A DNA stretch of 34,126 nucleotides from the IMG/VR virus record IMGVR_UViG_3300047565_000055, positions 1 through 34,126 of that record. The stretch is one strand, 5' to 3'. A program made the translations under genes and the position numbers. Below are positions 33,344 to 34,126 of this stretch, piece after piece. The notes beneath the pieces are model-generated. The model was not told the origin of the DNA. It saw only the letters and a program-made list of their open reading frames with translations, and ran no database searches. The stretch comes from a virus (lineage: Duplodnaviria > Caudoviricetes). Each line of letters starts with the position of its first letter. The first letter of the stretch is position 1.

Positions 33344-34126
33344 TTAATCGTAATCGTCCGCAAACGAATATTCTCCGATTGCTTCAAACTGCGACAACTT
33401 ATTCAAGCCAACATATCGGATGGCATCAATAGTATGGTTTAAAATATCCTCTGGCGCATTCAACGCCTTGCCCTCGCGATCCTTCGCCCACCGATATTGG
33501 CGCAGTTCCTTGATCACGTTTAACGAATTTTTGGTTACTCGCATCTCATACCCTTGCAGTCGATCAATCGAGGCCTTAACTGAATCCGGGCCCTTTTTGG
33601 CGGCCTCGACATAAAACCCGGCATTAGTCAATTCGGCAATCGATTTTGGTTCCGCGGAATCCGCGACGATGCACCTGGACGAATTAACGCCAAACTGTTT
33701 TAAATGCGCGACGATTTCGGCATTGGTTAATTTTGTCTGGTATAAAAGTTCGTTAATGTAGATTTTGCCGTCGTATCTGTAAACCTCGACCAATGCAGTT
33801 GGATCATTTGTGAAACCCCAATCGAGGCCGTACGCGATAAATTGCGCATCCGCCGGGATCCTTTCGCATGGCTGCCAATTTGAAAATATCACGCCCTCCA
33901 GGGATCCGATTTCCCCCAGGCCATAAACTCTAAACCAATTCGCCCAAAATGCAGAACCGGCGTCCGCCTTTTCCTTTGCCTTCAATATAAAATTAAGGGC
34001 CGATTCTGGGCACGCCTCGTTGTCCATGTAGTTAATGATCAAAAAATCGACATCCTTATCGTTCAACAATTCGTCATGAAACCAAAACGGATTGGTTGGA
34101 TTCCAATCCATGTAAACCCCTTGTTT
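33344..34126 (-). CDS. terL: Terminase large subunit, C-terminal part (RNase H-like nuclease)
   Basis: YGLDWGFTNDPTA, IVADSAEPKSI, NHTIDAIRY. Confidence 0.93.
   Translation of the reverse strand, partial: KQGVYMDWNPTNPFWFHDELLNDKDVDFLIINYMDNEACPESALNFILKAKEKADAGSAFWANWFRVYGLGEIGSLEGVIFSNWQPCERIPADAQFIAYGLDWGFTNDPTALVEVYRYDGKIYINELLYQTKLTNAEIVAHLKQFGVNSSRCIVADSAEPKSIAELTNAGFYVEAAKKGPDSVKASIDRLQGYEMRVTKNSLNVIKELRQYRWAKDREGKALNAPEDILNHTIDAIRYVGLNKLSQFEAIGEYSFADDYD
34000..34126. repeat. Terminal direct repeat, right copy
   Basis: Identical to 1-127. Confidence 0.95.

Noticed and set aside
1-34126. Stop-codon reassignment
   Set aside because: Standard code gives dense, intact genes, and TAA, TAG and TGA all end real genes

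Overview
The window is a complete, circularly closed tailed dsDNA phage genome of 33,999 bp. Bases 1-127 are repeated exactly at 34000-34126, and the large terminase gene is split across that join. It is siphovirus-like (tape measure and tail tube, no sheath). The host is probably a Bacteroidota bacterium, judged from TAnnTTTG-type promoters, A-rich leaders without Shine-Dalgarno sites and a DUF4373-like initiator. Most genes are on the - strand. Early/recombination genes (SSAP, exonuclease, SSB) are followed by replication genes (initiator, primase-helicase, a symmetric iteron/IHF origin-like element), a phage sigma-like factor, a ParB + GREB1/TAGT-like glycosyltransferase + terS/terL block, three early-promoter cassettes, an unusually ordered virion module and a lysis cassette. 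A short + strand operon of small ORFs lies at 10638-12010. I saw no integrase, CI-type repressor, tRNA or CRISPR. The most notable non-coding signals are: (1) a bipartite motif CAACA-N12-TTGCCAC ahead of late transcription units, plausibly read by the phage sigma factor; (2) an 18-nt element in a late 3' UTR that is perfectly antisense to the start region of the early recombinase gene; (3) a structured attenuator-like RNA before the replication initiator; (4) the origin-like element, which is detached from its initiator gene. All protein calls come from motif recognition by eye, not database searches.
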